From assembly GCA_021323855.1 (NCBI GenBank), contig JAJPKE010000001.1, positions 8,662 through 72,661 on the forward strand: a stretch of DNA of 64,000 nt, given 5' to 3'. Of this stretch, positions 59,953-64,000 are shown one piece after another. The first letter of the stretch is position 1. Each line of letters opens with the position of its first letter. This stretch comes from Chloroflexota bacterium. GTDB lineage: Bacteria; Chloroflexota; Ktedonobacteria; Ktedonobacterales; JADMIN01. The position numbers and the translations under genes were made by a program. A model generated the notes under the pieces. The model was not told where the DNA came from. It saw only the letters and a list, made by a program, of their open reading frames with translations, and searched no databases.

Positions 59953-60795
59953 CTAGGAGGCTTGATGGTCGAAGTAGAAGCCTGCCTCCAGATCGGCGAT
60001 CAGTCCAGGGTGAACGGGCTGCCACCCCAGCCGCTCCCGCGTTTCGGCGCTCGACCAGGTGATGTCGAGTGACGCTATGGAGCCGAGAAAGCCGAAGTGA
60101 GCAACTGCCTCTTCCTGGGAAATGCTGACAGCAGGCACATTCAGATGGCGCCCGATAACTTCAGCGATCTGCCGGAAAGGCACACCTTCGTCGCCGGCTC
60201 CGCGCCACAGCGACCCTGCCGGAGCAGCTTCCAATACCAGCCGGAACAGGTGCGCCGCATCGCGCTCGTGTACGGCTGGCCAGCGATTGGAGCCATCGCC
60301 GACATAGGCGGAGACACCCTTCTCACGCGCGATGCTAATCAGGCGCGGGACGAAGCCGTGCAGATCTGCCGGCCCGTGGACGGACGGAGCCAGCCACACG
60401 ACCGATGTACGCACGCCGCGCTCAGCCAGGGCAAACACCACATTCTCCGATGCCTCACCGTTACGGTGGCCAGTAATGACGAGTGGCTTGCCGGAGCCTT
60501 CGAGTGCCGCGCCCATCGTCTCGACGGCATGCAGATCGGTGGCGAGCGCGTTGTCGAAGTTCGTGAAATCGTGTACGAAGGCCAGGTGAATGACTCCATC
60601 TGCCGCTGAAGCACCGAGGCGCAGGCTCTCCAGTTCGTCGAGGGCGCCACGCTGCACTTCCGCGCCAGCCGCCGAGAGCGCGGCGGCGGCCTTATCTGAG
60701 CGGGCAAGACCAATAACTTCATGCCCAGTATTCAGTAGTTCAGCGACGACAAGTGAACCGATATGTCCACTCGCGCCAGTAACGAAGACCCGCAT
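59953..60795 (-). CDS. NAD(P)-dependent oxidoreductase (atypical SDR / NmrA-like)
   Basis: Trimmed to Met 60795 after GGAGG. MRVFVTGASGHIGSLVVAELL. Confidence 0.85.
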   Translation of the reverse strand: MRVFVTGASGHIGSLVVAELLNTGHEVIGLARSDKAAAALSAAGAEVQRGALDELESLRLGASAADGVIHLAFVHDFTNFDNALATDLHAVETMGAALEGSGKPLVITGHRNGEASENVVFALAERGVRTSVVWLAPSVHGPADLHGFVPRLISIAREKGVSAYVGDGSNRWPAVHERDAAHLFRLVLEAAPAGSLWRGAGDEGVPFRQIAEVIGRHLNVPAVSISQEEAVAHFGFLGSIASLDITWSSAETRERLGWQPVHPGLIADLEAGFYFDHQAS

Positions 60796-60855
60796 GTGCA
60801 AAACCTCCTGGAACCGTGTTGAGAACACACTATCCTCGGCCCAAGCCCTATGCCC

Positions 60856-60928
60856 ATGTCAGGACAGGTGATGTCAGTTCCTGTTATCACTATAGTCCTT
60901 GATGTCAACCCCTGACATCACATACAAT
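60856..60928. promoter_or_regulatory. Divergent TetR/SDR control region with ATGTCA(G/A) operator-like repeats and a candidate leaderless promoter
   Basis: Perfect inverted repeat GTGATGTCAG (60868-60877) / CTGACATCAC (60912-60921). Extra ATGTCA copies at 60856 and 60902. TTGATG (60899-60904), 18 nt spacer, TACAAT (60923-60928), placing a start site at about ATG 60935. Confidence 0.45.
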
Positions 60929-60934
60929 AGAGGC

Positions 60935-61504
60935 ATGAGTAGATGGGAACCAAACGCGCGTGGTCGGCTTGAGCAGGCGGCGCTCGACCTCTACCGCGAG
61001 CGCGGCTTCGACCAGACCACGGTGACGGAGATCGCTGAGCGGGCTGGACTCACAGAGCGCACGTTCTTCCGGTACTTTACCGATAAGCGCGAGGTGCTGT
61101 TCTGGGGGCAGGAGCGTTTGCGCGAACTCTACGTGCGCACCATCGAAACCGCGCCGGAGTCCACTGCGCCAATTGACACAGTAGTGTTGGCTCTAGAGGC
61201 TGCGGTCCCAGTGTTCCACGAGCGCCGCGAACTGGCCCGGCAGCGCCAGGCGGTGATAGATGCCAACCCAGGACTCCAAGAACGCGAGCTGCTGAAGCGC
61301 GCAGCACTTGCGGCTGCCGTGACTGAAGCGTTGCGCAAGCGTGGTGTGGCCGACCCTGTGGCAAGCCTCGCCGCAGACGTTGGCGTCATCGCCTTCAAGA
61401 CAGCGTTCGCCCGCTGGGTCAACTCACCGGATGAGCCAGACCTGTCGCAGCTCATCCGCGAGGCGCTTGACCAGCTCAAGGCCATCACGAGAGATGATAG
61501 ATGA
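60935..61504 (+). CDS. TetR/AcrR family transcriptional regulator
   Basis: HTH FDQTTVTEIAERAGLTERTFFRYFTDKREVL. ATG 60902 is an alternative start. Confidence 0.85.
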   Translation: MSRWEPNARGRLEQAALDLYRERGFDQTTVTEIAERAGLTERTFFRYFTDKREVLFWGQERLRELYVRTIETAPESTAPIDTVVLALEAAVPVFHERRELARQRQAVIDANPGLQERELLKRAALAAAVTEALRKRGVADPVASLAADVGVIAFKTAFARWVNSPDEPDLSQLIREALDQLKAITRDDR

Positions 61505-61545
61505 TACGCCAATCACTCTGCGTCCACATGTGGGAGATGGGCGGC

Positions 61546-62328
61546 TTATAAGTGGGCATGGAGCCACTGCTTCGATGCAGTGGAAAGCCCCAAAACAAAC
61601 CCAAAGACGACCAGCAGGGTAGTCAGCAGGAAAAAGACAAACTCCTCTACTGGAAGTTGTCCGCCAATGAGCATGCCTACAGTCAGGTGACGATTGAGCC
61701 TCCAGATGCCTTCGTGAATGGCAAGCGCGTCAACGAGAGAGAGGTAGAGCAGCAAAGGGAAAATGGTCGCGCAGAGCAAACGACGTTGACGCCAGAGGAT
61801 ATCAGCGCCTACCGCCAGTTGCAGGATGATCGGCGGCAACGCCCAGACGAGTTCCCACCCCAGATACGTGTCTGCACGCCAGCCGGAGAGCAGCAGGACT
61901 AACGCCAGCAGCCAGAGACATCCCCCCACGCTCGCGGAGAGTAGCCGCAGTGGATATCTGCTCGTATTGGCCCTGTGGAGCGCGCGGCGTGGCAGATGGC
62001 GCGCAAGCCAGAGCAGCCATAAACCAGCGAGGAGCGTTTGCAGCACAAAAAACGCCACTTCCTCGAATGGCACCCCGCCAATGGCAAGGCCATTGATGCG
62101 CGCGGGATCATACCACCAGACGCGCAGCGCGATCAGATGGCTATCCCACGGCAATGTGTAGAGGACCGCCACTATTATGAGAACTGGCAGGACAGTGAAG
62201 GGCGACCAGCCATGCAGGTCAACCGGCAGCCCATCCTTCCGCCGCCGGTCTCGCCAGGTCAGCAGCGCCAGCATCAGAATGGGCACGCCGAGAAACAGCG
62301 CCAGGAGATTACCATAGGTCAGTGTCAT
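61546..62328 (-). CDS. Fused lycopene cyclase domain protein (CrtYc/CrtYd-type)
   Basis: 260 aa, ~7 TM. Two copies of the lycopene-cyclase-domain PxEE motif ([17 protein letters not shown] and [17 protein letters not shown]). 4-nt overlap with crtI. Confidence 0.75.
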   Translation of the reverse strand: MTLTYGNLLALFLGVPILMLALLTWRDRRRKDGLPVDLHGWSPFTVLPVLIIVAVLYTLPWDSHLIALRVWWYDPARINGLAIGGVPFEEVAFFVLQTLLAGLWLLWLARHLPRRALHRANTSRYPLRLLSASVGGCLWLLALVLLLSGWRADTYLGWELVWALPPIILQLAVGADILWRQRRLLCATIFPLLLYLSLVDALAIHEGIWRLNRHLTVGMLIGGQLPVEEFVFFLLTTLLVVFGFVLGLSTASKQWLHAHL

Positions 62329-63878
62329 AGGGCAACCCGGATTTCTCGCGCCATCTCCGTCTCTGTCTCCGTCGCGCTGGCGCGAGGCACGCGTCGCCTC
62401 GTCTGCGCATCGCCGATGAGGTTTTCGACGATGATGGCAGACGAGAGGACGCCCGGCAACCCTGCGCCGGGATGCGTCCCCGCTCCTACGAAATAGAGAT
62501 TATCAAACTCCTCGGAGCGATTATGTGGTCTGAACCAGGCTGATTGCGTCAGTGTCGGCTGGAACGAGAACGCTGCCCCCAGGTAGCTGTTGAGTTCATC
62601 CTGAAAGTGCAGCGGGTCAATAGAATGCTCGGCAATGATATGGCGCGAGAGATCAGGGAGATACTGTTCTTCGAGAAAGCGCACCAGCCGGTCACGGTAG
62701 GGTTTCGCGGCCTGCCGCCAATCAATGCCAGCGCCCAGGTGTGGCACCGGCGCCAGCACATAGAAGGCTTCGCATCCTTCCGGTGCCACCGATGGATCGG
62801 TCAGGCTGGGCATGTGCAGGTAGAGGGAGAAATCGTCGGCTAGCACCTGCTTCTCGAAGATGTCGGTGAGCAATCCCTCGTACCGCTCGCCCAGCAAAAT
62901 GTTGTGGTGCGCCAGCCCGGTATCGGTATAGCGCCGGTCGGTGCCGAAATACAGCACAAAGAGCGACATGCCATATTTCATGCGTTCGAGCTTGCGATTG
63001 GTATAGATGTGCCGGTATGCCGCTGGGATGAGGGTGCGATAGGTATAGGTGACATCGGCGTTCGATACTACCGCATCGGCCATCTGGGCTGTTCCATTGG
63101 CGAGCCGCACGCCCGTCACCCGGCGCTGGTCTACCAGGATCTCCGCCACCGGAGCGTTCAGGTGGATGGTGCCGCCTAGCGACTCAAAGAGCCTGCCCAT
63201 TGCCGCCACCAGCGCGCCGGTGCCTCCCAGCGCGTAATGCACACCCCATTGGCGTTCCAGATAATGAATCATCGCGTAGATGGAGGGCGCATCGAACGGA
63301 TTGCCGCCGATCAAGAGCGGATGAAACGAGAAGCAGCGCCGCAAGAAGTCGTTCTGAATATACTGCGAGACATAGCGATACACGCTTTTGTAGGATTGCA
63401 TCCTGATGAGATCAGGCGCGACTTTGAGCATATCCGTCACATGCAAAAATGGCTTATCGGCCAGTTCCACAAATCCCTTCTGGAAGATCGGTTTGGTTGT
63501 GGCGATAAATTGCTGGTAGCCAGCCTTATCCTGGGGATTCCAGCGTTCAATCTGGTTGAGAATAAATGCCTCGTCACCGTTGTAATCAAAGCTACGTCCG
63601 TGGTGATCGAAGATGCGGTAAAAGGGGTCGCAAGGGACGAATTGCACATCATCTTCGCGTCGCCTGCCCGCCAGAGTCCAGAGGTCATCAAAGAGAAACG
63701 ACGCGGTGATGACGGTAGGGCCGCCGTCGAAGATAAAGCCGTTGACCTCATACACATAGGCGCGTCCGCCCAGTTTGTCGCGCTTCTCAAACAGGTCTAC
63801 GCGATGGCCAGCGGCGGCGAGGCGGATGGCGGCGCTCAGCCCACCAAAGCCGCCACCAATCACGATAATCTTTGCCAT
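62325..63878 (-). CDS. crtI: Phytoene desaturase
   Basis: [40 protein letters not shown] fold and C-terminal [20 protein letters not shown]. Confidence 0.9.
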   Translation of the reverse strand: MAKIIVIGGGFGGLSAAIRLAAAGHRVDLFEKRDKLGGRAYVYEVNGFIFDGGPTVITASFLFDDLWTLAGRRREDDVQFVPCDPFYRIFDHHGRSFDYNGDEAFILNQIERWNPQDKAGYQQFIATTKPIFQKGFVELADKPFLHVTDMLKVAPDLIRMQSYKSVYRYVSQYIQNDFLRRCFSFHPLLIGGNPFDAPSIYAMIHYLERQWGVHYALGGTGALVAAMGRLFESLGGTIHLNAPVAEILVDQRRVTGVRLANGTAQMADAVVSNADVTYTYRTLIPAAYRHIYTNRKLERMKYGMSLFVLYFGTDRRYTDTGLAHHNILLGERYEGLLTDIFEKQVLADDFSLYLHMPSLTDPSVAPEGCEAFYVLAPVPHLGAGIDWRQAAKPYRDRLVRFLEEQYLPDLSRHIIAEHSIDPLHFQDELNSYLGAAFSFQPTLTQSAWFRPHNRSEEFDNLYFVGAGTHPGAGLPGVLSSAIIVENLIGDAQTRRRVPRASATETETEMAREIRVAL

Positions 63879-63924
63879 CTGGTGCTACTCCTGATTTTCC
63901 TGGGAAAAGCCACACGCTGGCGCA

Positions 63925-64000
63925 TTAGGAGGCGTGGGCAGGTATCTCATCAGGAGGCGCAAGCCTTGAAGTGCGCCACCAGATGCCGGGCAGGCGGCTA
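63925..64000 (-). CDS. 3-prime end of a gene entering from the right edge (partial)
   Basis: Open minus-strand frame from the window edge ending ...GIWWRTSRLAPPDEIPAHAS-stop (TAA at 63925-63927), 46 nt upstream of crtI. Its position suggests another carotenoid gene, but 25 codons cannot identify it. Confidence 0.25.
   Translation of the reverse strand, partial: SRLPGIWWRTSRLAPPDEIPAHAS

Overview
This is a high-GC 64-kb chromosomal stretch (by eye above 60% GC; not computed). It holds about 62 tightly packed protein-coding genes, mostly on the minus strand. The gene content includes several ECF sigma factors, Hanks Ser/Thr kinases with unusual C-termini, an S53 peptidase, an F420-type nitroreductase and a KGG stress protein. 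There is also a family of GC-rich intergenic hairpin repeats (CCCCTCTCCC-loop-GGGAGAGGGG, often followed by CTGGGGGTGGGGGC). Together these suggest a Chloroflexota genome (Ktedonobacteria/Thermogemmatispora-like), but that is inference only. Recognisable content: 3 ECF-type sigma factors, one with a co-translated anti-sigma carrying BNR/Asp-box repeats; 2 Ser/Thr kinases; 2 histidine kinases plus a NarL-type regulator; PadR, GntR(YtrA) and TetR regulators; 3 ABC exporter sets plus one ABC remnant; 3 MFS transporters; a TMEM175-type and a TVGYG K+ channel; an acyl-CoA ligase; a glucose-dehydrogenase-like enzyme with a sugar porter; an isolated murD; a macro-domain/DUF1089/HIT-like operon; and the start of a carotenoid cluster (crtI plus fused lycopene-cyclase domains) at the right edge. 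I found no rRNA, tRNA, CRISPR array, transposase, integrase or phage genes, and no textbook defence or mobile system. The most unusual items are: (i) a bacterial TMEM97/sigma-2-receptor (EXPERA) homologue translationally coupled to a SAM methyltransferase beside a PadR; (ii) a ~2.5-kb AT-richer islet (26.0-28.5 kb) with a secreted/cytoplasmic pair of unknown proteins behind a 24-bp tandem repeat; (iii) a ~0.7-kb AT-richer islet with a solitary HNH-type protein; (iv) a minus-strand row of GDPD, an unknown protein with an EGHxR motif, a double zinc-ribbon PrsW-like membrane protein without obvious catalytic residues, a lipoprotein and an S53 peptidase; and (v) an in-frame ABC ATPase::FtsX permease deletion chimera. 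I re-set gene starts from the ORF track using homology onset and GGAGG-like ribosome-binding motifs. All family assignments come from motif recognition by eye, not from database searches.
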